Positions 1 through 9,601 of a stretch of 64,000 bases of DNA are shown here, one piece after another. The stretch is from a virus. The notes under the pieces are model-generated. The model saw only the letters and a list, made by a program, of their open reading frames with translations. It ran no database searches and was not told where the DNA came from. Position 1 is the first letter of the stretch, and each line of letters starts with the position of its first letter. Made by a program: the position numbers and the translations under genes. The stretch spans positions 32,001 through 96,000 of IMG/VR virus record IMGVR_UViG_3300005573_000055. One strand, given 5' to 3'.

Positions 1-1
1 C

Positions 2-607
2 ATGGCTTTACAGACAGTAAAAAATGTTATACCGCTACTTAGATTTACAAGTGGTCAACCTGTTGACTTAGATCTTGTAAACTCATTCTTTGATGGTGTG
101 CGTTCTTCCATCTCTACCATTTCCAATAATCACAATGAATTGTTATCTTTGGTAATGAATGGCACTACACTGCCTGAGTCTGGCAACGCTCTTGATGGGA
201 AAGTTATATATGTTGACAGTGAAGCCAGTGCAAGCAAAGACAGCGGAATATTTTACTACACACCGCCGAGCGGCGGGACTTCTCGTCCGCTTACTATATA
301 TGAAACATTTTTGCTTATATTGCAGCTGCTTGGTAACATTAACAATGCTTTTAGCAAAATAACAATTATAGCCTCTAAAGCACAGCCCCAGATGCTTGCA
401 CCTAACGGCTCAGCTACATATGCTGCTGTTGGCGGAGTACCATTCATTCCCCTTCTCTACTACAAAAGCGGCAATTATATCTATAATGCCAATAATGTCC
501 TCAACATAAATTACGATGATACAACTAAACAAATTATTATTACCAATAATAGTTCAAATACATATAACATATTTGGATATATCATCCATCTACAACTGCC
601 ATTCTAA
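2..607 (+). CDS. putative virion structural (tail/baseplate) protein
   Basis: 201 aa ORF co-oriented and tightly packed with the downstream tail-spike-like gene; N/T/S-rich; no recognised motif. Confidence 0.4.
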   Translation: MALQTVKNVIPLLRFTSGQPVDLDLVNSFFDGVRSSISTISNNHNELLSLVMNGTTLPESGNALDGKVIYVDSEASASKDSGIFYYTPPSGGTSRPLTIYETFLLILQLLGNINNAFSKITIIASKAQPQMLAPNGSATYAAVGGVPFIPLLYYKSGNYIYNANNVLNINYDDTTKQIIITNNSSNTYNIFGYIIHLQLPF

Positions 608-622
608 AGCGGAGATGAAGCA

Positions 623-3600
623 ATGAATCCTATCACCTATCTTAAAGACGATGCTAATCCTTATGCTAAATATGATGCAGTAACTTTTCTGCCATCAAAG
701 CCGCGCAGCACAAAAGACTTTACCGATTTACAGCAAATACTACGTTTTAAGTTGAATGCTCTTATTAGAGACCTTTTTGGAAACTGCCGTATTATGTCTT
801 CCATAAAAGAGACTACCGAGAATGGACAGACATATATTCAACTTAGCGGGCTTTGGTATATAGATGGCTATAGAGTTTTATTTAATGATCTGCGTTCAGA
901 CATTAATGTCAATAGAGCATCAGAATATAAAGTCTATCTTGGATTGGAGCTTAAAGAAATTACAGCCGCAGAAGATCCGTCTATAGCTCTTCAAGATGCT
1001 GATAATAACATACTTATAGAAACATCCCGCCGTGCAAAACTTACATATACATTAAGACTATGCAATCCTGATCAATCTTTAACATTTGACCCTCCAATAC
1101 CAAATTATGTTTTAGGAACTATTTACTATGATAGCCAAACCCAAAGCTGGAAATTAAGAGACAGCGACATATTTAAGTTTGTAGAGCTTAAGTATTCAGA
1201 TGCAATAGATATAGCAAGAAAAGCTGTTCACAAGGAGAATGATGAAAAGACTGTTGTTTTAGAAAGAATTACATCAGTGCGTGATGAGGATTTTGAAGAT
1301 CAAAATGCGAGAATTGTTGTTCAGAAAATATCTGATACCCATCTTTCCTTTGGTTTTGAGACGATGGTAAATGGAGAGCCTCGCTATGTTGCGGCATTTG
1401 AAGTTCTAAAAGAAGGTGGCGATTGGCATCCAATTATTTGGCTTAGACCTGGTATTCTTGAGTATCCTATCTCCTATCTCACCGAAGATGGTATAACCTT
1501 CCAAGACAATAAAGGCTACGTTACAGATATAACTCAGTATCACATCTCTATATCCAACAAAGCAAACAAGTTTATTCTTGATCCAACAGAGCTTTACTAT
1601 GGTTTTAAGAGCAATGATGGTGACAAAGTAGCTCTATGGGTTAAAAATGCTATGAAAGACTGGGATCTCAAAAGAGCTACAATGTTTGGCACCGAAGGTA
1701 ATGACCCTGGTATTGCTGATTCGGGATACACAAATCCATATAAGATTTATACTACAAATAGTGCTTCTAAACAAGCTGTAGTAAAGTTTGATCTTGGAAG
1801 CGATGAACAAATTAGACCTAAAGATGGTGTTGTTAAAGTCCAGCATAAGCTGGTATATAACAGTTTGCAGACATGCGATGCAATTATAACCGCCAAAGTC
1901 GAGACGAGCGACAACGACAGTAGTTATTCTACTATCTTTGTAGAAAAGTGGCTTCTCAAAGATGGTATTGCTACTTATACAGTCCCATTTGAATTTTCTA
2001 TCAGCGATTCTCAAGGCTATGTGCCGCGCTACATAAAGCTTACATATTCAATTTACCCTACCAGAATACTTAATAATAACGAAAGAGTTGAAGCTACTGT
2101 AAGCTTTAGGGACAGTAATGCATGTACTTGGGAGACCTTTAGTGTAGCTTATCCTACTACAGAGATGCAATATATGGTAATGAATAAACATATATTATGG
2201 GTGGATAATGATGGCAATGTAAGAATCAAAAAAGTAAGCAATACACTCCCAAATGTGCTTGGTGATGCTATTGATAAAATGATATCCAGCGAAGGAACTG
2301 CAGGTGATGTTAATGCTCCAGGTGGTAAGATTATCGGCGCTCTTGATCTATCCCGAGCGACAGTTGAAGTAAGTCAAGAGATAACCAGAGCTGCTTTTAC
2401 ACAAGATACACTCAAATTGCCCGTTGTCAAGGGAACAGAAGTCGATAAAGTTGGCCTTATAAGTAGTGCTACTATACAAAATATTATTAGTCAGATAAAT
2501 AGCTTAAAGCCTGAATTAGGTGCGATTAAAGATGTAACTCCTACAAATGTATATTATGTAGCCAAGAACTGGAATATTCAAGCAGCAAATCCATACTTTA
2601 CCTCGCTTTCCTCAGCTGTAAATCAGATTATTACTGATGGCACATCTAGTGCTTTAATTATTGTTTATCCTGGAGTATATGATGATGATATCAATTTCGG
2701 TTCAATTTCAAGGTCAATTAGTGTTGGTATTTATGCCTTAGAGCCAAGAAACACATTCTTAAATGGAAGCTTGATACTTGCAGCTCAAGGTTCTAATATA
2801 ATTGACCTATATACAAATATATCATTTATTCTTCAGTCGGGGAAAAATATTCATGTCAATGGCTGCAAACTCTTTATAGATCGTAGCTCTCTTATAACAT
2901 CATCTGCTGATACTACTGTCATTAAAGTTGAAGGAACAAATTCTATTATAGAACTTCATGGCCAAATATGGGTTGATCGAAGCGGGCTTACTTCAGATGA
3001 TGTCAATCCTGTGATAAATGTCTACAGCGGTGGAAGTTTATATACGTATGGCAAAATAGAAGTTGTAAATAATGTTGCTCCGATATTTAATATCGATACT
3101 GCAACAATTAATGTATATGGGCCTGTCATCAGAAGTGGAACAAAAAACTGTAATCAAGTTATTCATTCCAAAGGAAGTCAAACAATTAGCTCAGCTATCA
3201 ACCTATATGGCCCAATGAGACTGATTCATGCAGGTATTATCAATGCTGAATCAAAAAGCCAAATATTTATCAAAAACAATATAGATGGCTGCTTCCCTGC
3301 TGGCCCATCAACAAGTCCGTTAATTATCATTGATGGCAGCACAGAAGTATTTATGTATTCATCTGATATATATTATTGGTACGATGGTCTTAATATTACA
3401 AATCCTGATATCCCATCAATTCTTGTTTCCATAAAAGAGCAATCGGTTGGTGAATCAAACAGACTAATAATGATTAATTCATCTATAATTGTAGATCAAA
3501 TGAGTAACAATGGTACTATAATTTTCGTAAGTAATGATTATCAGCTTGAAATGTATAATTCTTCATTATATTTAAGAAATGTTACTTCGGCGGTCAGCGA

Positions 3601-3727
3601 TAAATCTTCTATCAAAAGTTCAGGCAGTATTCAAAATCCGTTTAAAATACGCACATACGGATCATATACAAACCTCGGGACTGTATATGTTACCACCGAT
3701 ATTACTGTCTACAACTACCTATCTTAA
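623..3727 (+). CDS. tail fibre/tail spike protein with DUF4815-like N-terminus and C-terminal beta-helix (possible depolymerase)
   Basis: N-terminal YDAVTFLPSKPRSTKDFTDLQQIL resembles the DUF4815 tail/baseplate anchor; VYYVAKN...FTSLSSAV...IIVYPGVY is the typical start of a pectate-lyase-like beta-helix, followed by I/N/S-rich repeats. Confidence 0.65.
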   Translation: MNPITYLKDDANPYAKYDAVTFLPSKPRSTKDFTDLQQILRFKLNALIRDLFGNCRIMSSIKETTENGQTYIQLSGLWYIDGYRVLFNDLRSDINVNRASEYKVYLGLELKEITAAEDPSIALQDADNNILIETSRRAKLTYTLRLCNPDQSLTFDPPIPNYVLGTIYYDSQTQSWKLRDSDIFKFVELKYSDAIDIARKAVHKENDEKTVVLERITSVRDEDFEDQNARIVVQKISDTHLSFGFETMVNGEPRYVAAFEVLKEGGDWHPIIWLRPGILEYPISYLTEDGITFQDNKGYVTDITQYHISISNKANKFILDPTELYYGFKSNDGDKVALWVKNAMKDWDLKRATMFGTEGNDPGIADSGYTNPYKIYTTNSASKQAVVKFDLGSDEQIRPKDGVVKVQHKLVYNSLQTCDAIITAKVETSDNDSSYSTIFVEKWLLKDGIATYTVPFEFSISDSQGYVPRYIKLTYSIYPTRILNNNERVEATVSFRDSNACTWETFSVAYPTTEMQYMVMNKHILWVDNDGNVRIKKVSNTLPNVLGDAIDKMISSEGTAGDVNAPGGKIIGALDLSRATVEVSQEITRAAFTQDTLKLPVVKGTEVDKVGLISSATIQNIISQINSLKPELGAIKDVTPTNVYYVAKNWNIQAANPYFTSLSSAVNQIITDGTSSALIIVYPGVYDDDINFGSISRSISVGIYALEPRNTFLNGSLILAAQGSNIIDLYTNISFILQSGKNIHVNGCKLFIDRSSLITSSADTTVIKVEGTNSIIELHGQIWVDRSGLTSDDVNPVINVYSGGSLYTYGKIEVVNNVAPIFNIDTATINVYGPVIRSGTKNCNQVIHSKGSQTISSAINLYGPMRLIHAGIINAESKSQIFIKNNIDGCFPAGPSTSPLIIIDGSTEVFMYSSDIYYWYDGLNITNPDIPSILVSIKEQSVGESNRLIMINSSIIVDQMSNNGTIIFVSNDYQLEMYNSSLYLRNVTSAVSDKSSIKSSGSIQNPFKIRTYGSYTNLGTVYVTTDITVYNYLS

Positions 3728-3749
3728 CACATAACAATTTGGAAGGTAT

Positions 3750-4187
3750 ATGATTAATCGTGGAGATATAGTCATTCTTGGCATTGATGATAATAGGTAT
3801 ACAATATACCTTATGTATGACCACCATTTGGGCGTAACTGCAACTATATGGGGTATTAAAGCTGAAGACATAGCAAACAAGATTAAACAAAATGGATTTA
3901 GGTATTGTGTGGTCATTCGTCCGCAGAAGAGTTTGACATGGCAGAAGAAGTGCGAGTTTTCTTCATATATACTTGAGCTTCTCTCCGGAAAAAAGAAGCT
4001 TACGTTTAAGGAAAGGTGCAATTTTCTGCAGTTTGTAGTTGATCTTTATAACAAGATCTTTCACGTAGAGATAGTAAAGTTTCCTATCCCTATAACGCTA
4101 AACAATGTCTTGCTTTCCAAAGATATAGATATCCTTACAATCGAAAACCAACTTGAAATCGAAAACCAAATAATGGAGGAATATTAA
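3750..4187 (+). CDS. hypothetical protein
   Basis: 145 aa ORF with GGAAGG RBS, within the + strand operon. Confidence 0.5.
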   Translation: MINRGDIVILGIDDNRYTIYLMYDHHLGVTATIWGIKAEDIANKIKQNGFRYCVVIRPQKSLTWQKKCEFSSYILELLSGKKKLTFKERCNFLQFVVDLYNKIFHVEIVKFPIPITLNNVLLSKDIDILTIENQLEIENQIMEEY

Positions 4188-4189
4188 AG

Positions 4190-4627
4190 ATGGCCAAAAC
4201 TAAAAATCAGTCAATGTGTAAAGTACACACAAAGGAGCTGGAAGAATTAACAAATCTGTATGTCGGTCTTGATACAAAGATTGATAATTTAATTAGAACA
4301 AGCAATACACTTAACCAACAAACCACTGATTTGATATGTGCATTCAATGAATACAAAAACGAAAAGCTTGCTCTAAAGAATGGTCAGACTTTAGAGCTTA
4401 CACGTGATGAAGCTATTGCTCATATATGGAATAATCTAAAAGAACTCTCAAGCAGCCTCGAAGGAGTAAAAAACATTAATTCGTCTTTTCAGCTTATGAC
4501 TGCGTTTTTAAAGTCAAATAAGTCTTTACTGCTCGTCTTAACCATTATTATCAGTCTTGTTGTAATTAACGTAATTACACTTGCTGACAATCCAATTGTT
4601 AAAAGTCTAATTAACTATATATTCTAA
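4190..4627 (+). CDS. holin-like membrane protein (coiled coil plus C-terminal TM helix)
   Basis: single hydrophobic segment LLLVLTIIISLVVINVITL; lies upstream of the endolysin. Confidence 0.5.
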   Translation: MAKTKNQSMCKVHTKELEELTNLYVGLDTKIDNLIRTSNTLNQQTTDLICAFNEYKNEKLALKNGQTLELTRDEAIAHIWNNLKELSSSLEGVKNINSSFQLMTAFLKSNKSLLLVLTIIISLVVINVITLADNPIVKSLINYIF

Positions 4628-4637
4628 GGAGGTACTT

Positions 4638-4925
4638 ATGGACATAAAAGAAGCTATATCAAAGAAGTATGTCAAGATATTGCTTATATACTTTGTTTTG
4701 GCTGTTGCCGCTATAATTGTAACATTTACATTCTTTGAAGAGCTAAGCTCAATTGCAGCTGTGTTCGTCTTTACGACAATTGGACTTGGCATTATTTTCT
4801 TGTTTGATACTGTTGTTCTTAAATCGCTTGATACTATAGAGGAAATTAAAAAAGGAAATCTTGCCTATGCGATATTCTTTCTTGGTATTTGTGTTATTAT
4901 TGCTGCTGCCATTATATCAGCTTAA
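4638..4925 (+). CDS. DUF350-like 3-TM membrane protein, probable holin
   Basis: three hydrophobic segments; DTIEEIKKGNLAYAIFFLG motif; overlaps the endolysin start; AGGAGG RBS. Confidence 0.6.
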   Translation: MDIKEAISKKYVKILLIYFVLAVAAIIVTFTFFEELSSIAAVFVFTTIGLGIIFLFDTVVLKSLDTIEEIKKGNLAYAIFFLGICVIIAAAIISA

Positions 4926-5469
4926 CGGACAAGCGCATGTTGATACTGCACTTAGTTATGTTGGTGTTAGGGAAAAAACTGGCAGAAACGATGGGTATTT
5001 TGTTGAAAGGTTTTTATCTTCGGTAGGGCGAAAGAAGGGCGACTCGTGGTGTGCTGCTTTTGTTTCATATTGCTTGACTGTGACTCATACTAAAGAGCCA
5101 GCTATAAGAAGTGGTCTAGCATATGATTTTACAAAAGCCAAATATGTTATTGCAGCAAGTGATGTTCTAAAATATAATCTTAAACTTCCACGTGGTACGC
5201 TTGTTATTTGGCGCAAAGGCACAACTTTGTTTGGCCATATAGGTATAGCAATTACTCAGTGGAAAGGTTCTTCTGGAAAGACTGTAGAAGGAAATACCTC
5301 TCCTGATAGTTCTGGATCACAAAGCAATGGCAATGGTGTGTATATTAAAAATAGAAAGATTAGTCCACTTAGTTACTTTTCAATAAAATACTTTACACTG
5401 GTGGCGCCAAAAGGCAATAAGAATGAAATACCAACTGATTTAAGATTAAGGCCAGGGCTTTTCAAATGA
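4867..5469 (+). CDS. CHAP-domain endolysin with N-terminal signal peptide
   Basis: WCAAFVSYC, GHIGIA and TVEGNT CHAP motifs; hydrophobic leader MRYSFLVFVLLLLLPLYQLNG; ATG at 4867 preferred over TTG at 4861. Confidence 0.85.
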   Translation: MRYSFLVFVLLLLLPLYQLNGQAHVDTALSYVGVREKTGRNDGYFVERFLSSVGRKKGDSWCAAFVSYCLTVTHTKEPAIRSGLAYDFTKAKYVIAASDVLKYNLKLPRGTLVIWRKGTTLFGHIGIAITQWKGSSGKTVEGNTSPDSSGSQSNGNGVYIKNRKISPLSYFSIKYFTLVAPKGNKNEIPTDLRLRPGLFK

Positions 5470-6203
5470 ATAAATACTTTAACATATTGCTTATTATAGC
5501 TTTCATCATAGTGCTCGTGTGTGTGTATTTAAAAAATAAAGCACTCCAAGATGAAATATCCTATTGGCAGAATCAAGCTATTAAGAAAGATAGCCTTATT
5601 CAAATTGATTCTGTCAACTACGAGATAATATCTAAAGAGCGGAACCGTCTTATATCTGAGAACAACAAACTTCTGCTCCTTGCAAAGCAAAACAAGGAAG
5701 AGATTGTATATCTCTTAAACCTTAAAGCCAAGTATGAACTCGCTTTATCTAATATTCATACTAAGCCTGCAGATACAGTTGTTATTTTTGATAAGCCTGA
5801 TAGCCTGGCTCGTATCTTTTCAGTTGAAGTTGATAGTACTCTTAAGATAAGCGGTGCATTCCAGACACATGAGCCATACTATATTAGCTTTAGTGAAATA
5901 TTATTTAGAGCAGCTTTGAATATAATATTGTCTCAAGATAAGTATGGATATTGGCATACGCGTATATCAACAAATTCACCTTATCTTAAACTTGAAGAAG
6001 CAAGAGTGCAGGTTTTAAGCAGGGATGATAATTGGAGATTTTTCTATGGTGGTGGTTTTTCTTTATTTGAAAGGTCGCTTGGCATAGGTGGTTTATTTGG
6101 AGTGCGTAAGAGGGATTATGGTGGGAGTTTGTCATTTACATATCAGCAGCATGATGGCAGACTACTGCCTCTTTGGTTTGTAACACTATATAAATTCATG
6201 TAG
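5466..6203 (+). CDS. spanin-like lysis accessory protein
   Basis: N-terminal TM helix, coiled coil, Gly/aromatic beta-strand C-terminus; ATGA overlap with the endolysin. Confidence 0.5.
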   Translation: MNKYFNILLIIAFIIVLVCVYLKNKALQDEISYWQNQAIKKDSLIQIDSVNYEIISKERNRLISENNKLLLLAKQNKEEIVYLLNLKAKYELALSNIHTKPADTVVIFDKPDSLARIFSVEVDSTLKISGAFQTHEPYYISFSEILFRAALNIILSQDKYGYWHTRISTNSPYLKLEEARVQVLSRDDNWRFFYGGGFSLFERSLGIGGLFGVRKRDYGGSLSFTYQQHDGRLLPLWFVTLYKFM

Positions 6204-6212
6204 GAGTTTGCT

Positions 6213-6428
6213 ATGACTTTAGAAGATAGAATTGCTTATCTAGAAAAACAAGTATCTCAGATCTACGAAATCATAAGAAACCTCCAGGAAGGTCTGTCAA
6301 CAAAGAAAATGGTCAATGATTTGGATCTATTAAGGCAAGGACAGATAGCTGATTTAGATCAGCGTCTTAGTGTTGTTGAACAGACTCTAAACGCTATACA
6401 GACACGTCTTGACTCTTTAGGCGTTTGA
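6213..6428 (+). CDS. small coiled-coil protein
   Basis: heptad pattern; AGGAG RBS. Confidence 0.55.
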   Translation: MTLEDRIAYLEKQVSQIYEIIRNLQEGLSTKKMVNDLDLLRQGQIADLDQRLSVVEQTLNAIQTRLDSLGV

Positions 6429-7257
6429 TGAAATACATATTTACGTAGCCGTCATTTACATCAAAATGATATCCTTCCAGATATGCTTTCTTTTTTAGTT
6501 CTTCCGAGGCTAGTAAAACTTCTCTTAATAGCTTTTTATTACTGAGATATTGAGAGTATCCCATCATATTAATAGCCAATTCGGGCAGTGATATCTTTAT
6601 CATTTGTTTCTTATAGAGTTTCTTATCTAAGATACGATACAGCTTTTTAGCTGGTGCATATTCGATACTTCTATAAAATGGCCAGTCTAAAGGCTTAATA
6701 TTGCCCGAAGATATGGAAATCCACAGTGTATCACTCCAATGTACCTCAAGTATCTCCTTCTTTGAAAAAGCATCCTTCCTTTCAGTTACAAGCAAATCTA
6801 TCAAATGAAATTTCCTGCTTTCGTAGACATTCAAAGCCTTATTGAAAAAGCAGTCAGTCTCTATAAGTATTTTAGAGAGTCTGGTAAGGCATTCGTGTAT
6901 CTTTGCATAATAGTACCCTGATTTAGGCCATGAAAGTCTATCTAGAAGATCTGACATATTTTCTACAAGAACCACCTTAGAGACAAATCGTCTTTCATAG
7001 CTCAGTGAAAGCAAGGCAAGCAGTACATCTTCATCTTCGGGCAATATGCCTGGTAGAATCTTGCCAGAATGTTCTATACTATAAATTGTGACGTGTCCAT
7101 AGGCAAGTCTGCCTGTAAGTTTGTTCCAGTAGCTGATATTATAAGTTCTTTTGCTTGGAATTTCATTCCCCTTCTGACCATAAAACACCAAAGGCAACTC
7201 TATGAGATTAATCTCATCAAAGCTAAAGTGATGATTAATCTTTTGAGTTATCCACAT
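6394..7257 (-). CDS. repA: plasmid-type replication initiator protein (RepA/RPA-like winged helix)
   Basis: NLIELPL, EDEDVLLALL, LLDRLSWPKSGYYY..I..CL.RL and AKKLYRILDKK motifs; ATG at 7257 preceded by AAGGA. Confidence 0.75.
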   Translation of the reverse strand: MWITQKINHHFSFDEINLIELPLVFYGQKGNEIPSKRTYNISYWNKLTGRLAYGHVTIYSIEHSGKILPGILPEDEDVLLALLSLSYERRFVSKVVLVENMSDLLDRLSWPKSGYYYAKIHECLTRLSKILIETDCFFNKALNVYESRKFHLIDLLVTERKDAFSKKEILEVHWSDTLWISISSGNIKPLDWPFYRSIEYAPAKKLYRILDKKLYKKQMIKISLPELAINMMGYSQYLSNKKLLREVLLASEELKKKAYLEGYHFDVNDGYVNMYFIKRLKSQDVSV

Positions 7258-7506
7258 TATAAACATCCTTATTTAAACTATTAACTCTATTTAAACACCT
7301 ATACCGCAGCAAAATCTTTGATTTTACCTTAAAATCAAAGGAATTCTCACTTTGAGGCACAACTTTTTACGAAAAATCAGCCTTTAATGCCGAAACATAG
7401 GTGATTTTTGACTTAACAAATGTAAGATAATTCCGACAGATAGTCAATATCTGTCCGACAAATTAACATTGCAATGTGGATAACTCAAATTAAGTTTGTC
7501 AGACAA
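7242..7506. promoter_or_regulatory. putative replication origin / repA control region
   Basis: 17-bp inverted repeat (7242-7258 / 7473-7489), each arm holding a perfect DnaA box TTATCCACA; palindrome 7316-7340; TGTCnGACA sites at 7452 and 7497. Confidence 0.6.
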
Positions 7507-7725
7507 TTATTTCTTATAATGTTTCTTCTTCTTTGGTTTGTCTGACTTATGATGAATAAGCATTTTCTGAGCTTGCTCCCGTCTGTACTTTTCCTCCGCA
7601 ATCATAACCTCTATCATGTCGTCCATTGCAGGCGATATTTTTTTCACTCTGCCCTCTACACCTAAAAACTTGTCTATCCATCTTCTGATGGTAAATTTAA
7701 TTGCAGGCAGTAAAGTTTTTAACAT
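7507..7725 (-). CDS. hypothetical basic protein
   Basis: 72 aa ORF abutting the dNMP kinase gene. Confidence 0.5.
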   Translation of the reverse strand: MLKTLLPAIKFTIRRWIDKFLGVEGRVKKISPAMDDMIEVMIAEEKYRREQAQKMLIHHKSDKPKKKKHYKK

Positions 7726-7726
7726 A

Positions 7727-8521
7727 TTAGTACACCTCTGTTGTTGATGTTTTTAAAGATAACAGTGATTTAATTTCACCAGCTATTGCTAAAGCTTGAG
7801 CAGAAAGACTTTCTAAATCTCCCCGTTCGGCTTTGATCAAAAAGTCATAAGGCACATCATCAAGTGCTACTTCACTCGGATGATTGGGATCCCGCTTTGG
7901 GTCGATATATTGCTTGCCATCAACGGTAGCTATAACTTTGATATATATCCCGCCATTGTTTTTAATGAAATCATACTCATTCTTAAAGCGTGTATCAGGC
8001 ATAAGTATAACCTTGAGTAAATCCTTCCTCTTTGCTAAAAGATTATCAATAGACCGTTTCGCTGCTTTAATCCAATAGTCAGAATCGTACTTTCGTCTGT
8101 AATTTGTGCCCCAATATTGCAGTAGCAGTGGGTCTTTGTAATCCATACCATAATAGCACCCACTCTCATCAAGGCGTGTTTTCATCAGCTCGTGTAACAC
8201 TTTGTCATTAGAGACAGTCCTATAACATGTTACAGTCTTACTGGGATGCGACCACTGAGACAATGTTGCTTGATGAGGTGCCATTTCATATATCTCTTCC
8301 TTGTCAAACAAAATGTAAGTCATATCTTCAGGGTCTTCGCTGGTTTTTCTAATTAATGGATATTCTCGCTTTTTATTGCTTACTTCTTCATATAAAGCAT
8401 CTGCCCAATGCAGGATTTTACAGATACCACTAAGTTCATTTTGGATTATCTTTGCTGAATAATCCTTGCCATTGCGGGCCTTGTTGCCAAGGCCTACAAG
8501 TAGAACTCCTTTAAGTTTCAT
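7727..8521 (-). CDS. deoxynucleoside monophosphate kinase
   Basis: GLGNKARNGKD P-loop, LLQYWGT, DTRFKNE and HPSE motifs of phage dNMP kinases. Confidence 0.85.
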   Translation of the reverse strand: MKLKGVLLVGLGNKARNGKDYSAKIIQNELSGICKILHWADALYEEVSNKKREYPLIRKTSEDPEDMTYILFDKEEIYEMAPHQATLSQWSHPSKTVTCYRTVSNDKVLHELMKTRLDESGCYYGMDYKDPLLLQYWGTNYRRKYDSDYWIKAAKRSIDNLLAKRKDLLKVILMPDTRFKNEYDFIKNNGGIYIKVIATVDGKQYIDPKRDPNHPSEVALDDVPYDFLIKAERGDLESLSAQALAIAGEIKSLLSLKTSTTEVY

Positions 8522-9551
8522 CGTCTTCTCCCTCCTCTTCTTCAAGATCTGTGGCTGGAGTGTGGCTTATGCTTTCATTATAACAAAGACTCCTGTAAAC
8601 GCAATAGCTACACTGCCAGTCTCCTTGACGGTCTCCTTTTATATGTTTCTTATAAGCTGTATTAGAAAGCATACCTATTTGATTTAATAGTTTAGCTTCT
8701 TCATCAGAATATGTAAGCTTAAAATCCCTCGGCGGCGGCTGAAGTTCTTTTCTTGTAACTAAACCTTTACGCAGAAGTTGTACGGATTCATTTACATATT
8801 CAGCAAGGAGGCGGTATCGTTCAAATATGTCTTCTACATAGAAGCCGCGCTCTATTTCGTTATTTATGGCCACAAAGTGCTTGCCTGTTGCACTGTCTTC
8901 AACTAACGTGATGTCAAATTCAGTGCGGTTCATGTTGTCTCTAAGTATATAGAGAAGCTTGCCGCCAAGAAGGTTCTGGTCGTCTCTGTGTATATAGAGG
9001 TATATTACAAGCTGCAGCACATGCTCCATCTTTGGGCGTCCTTTAATAAGTCTTTTATTAGAAGCACGGCCCTCAAAATGGTCAAACAGATCACGAGCTT
9101 TGCCAGTCTCATACCCGAACTTAAGACGTCCACCATATGAAGATTTGCATTCTACAAATATGTATTTCTGCTTGTCTGTTGGCAACTGAACGACTATGTC
9201 TATTTCCCCAGATACAGAAAGGCTTTTCTCCCAAAACTTAACTGAGTTGTTTTCATATATACCAGCAAGCTTGACAAGTTCAACAATTAGGTTTTCAAGA
9301 TATTTGCCTGCTTCAAGTATATATTTTGCCTTTATAGAACGAGGATTAGATTCCGGGAATTTAAGCAGTCTATACCATGATTTACGCAAGCATCCGCCTA
9401 CAACATATTTGTATCCGCTTGGTGTTGTATATATAACAGAAGCCTCTGACGGATAGAGGCTGGTTCTTCGCTCTCCTGTAAAACGCTCTCTGGCTAAGGC
9501 ATCGTCTAGAAGATCCCATAGCCTAAAGGATGAAAGTGCATTATAATCCAT
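8511..9551 (-). CDS. Cas4-like PD-(D/E)XK exonuclease
   Basis: CLRKSWY, GEIDIVV, ECKS, QLVIY and C-terminal CSYCVYRSLC Fe-S cysteines. Confidence 0.8.
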   Translation of the reverse strand: MDYNALSSFRLWDLLDDALARERFTGERRTSLYPSEASVIYTTPSGYKYVVGGCLRKSWYRLLKFPESNPRSIKAKYILEAGKYLENLIVELVKLAGIYENNSVKFWEKSLSVSGEIDIVVQLPTDKQKYIFVECKSSYGGRLKFGYETGKARDLFDHFEGRASNKRLIKGRPKMEHVLQLVIYLYIHRDDQNLLGGKLLYILRDNMNRTEFDITLVEDSATGKHFVAINNEIERGFYVEDIFERYRLLAEYVNESVQLLRKGLVTRKELQPPPRDFKLTYSDEEAKLLNQIGMLSNTAYKKHIKGDRQGDWQCSYCVYRSLCYNESISHTPATDLEEEEGEDDET

Positions 9552-9601
9552 AGATTACCCCATAAAAGTTAATGCTGTTTATAGCTTCGTTGGAAAGTTG
9601 C

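Noticed and set aside
8511-9551. CRISPR adaptation module
   Set aside because: This is a solo Cas4-like nuclease, common in phages. No cas1/cas2 gene or array is present in the window.
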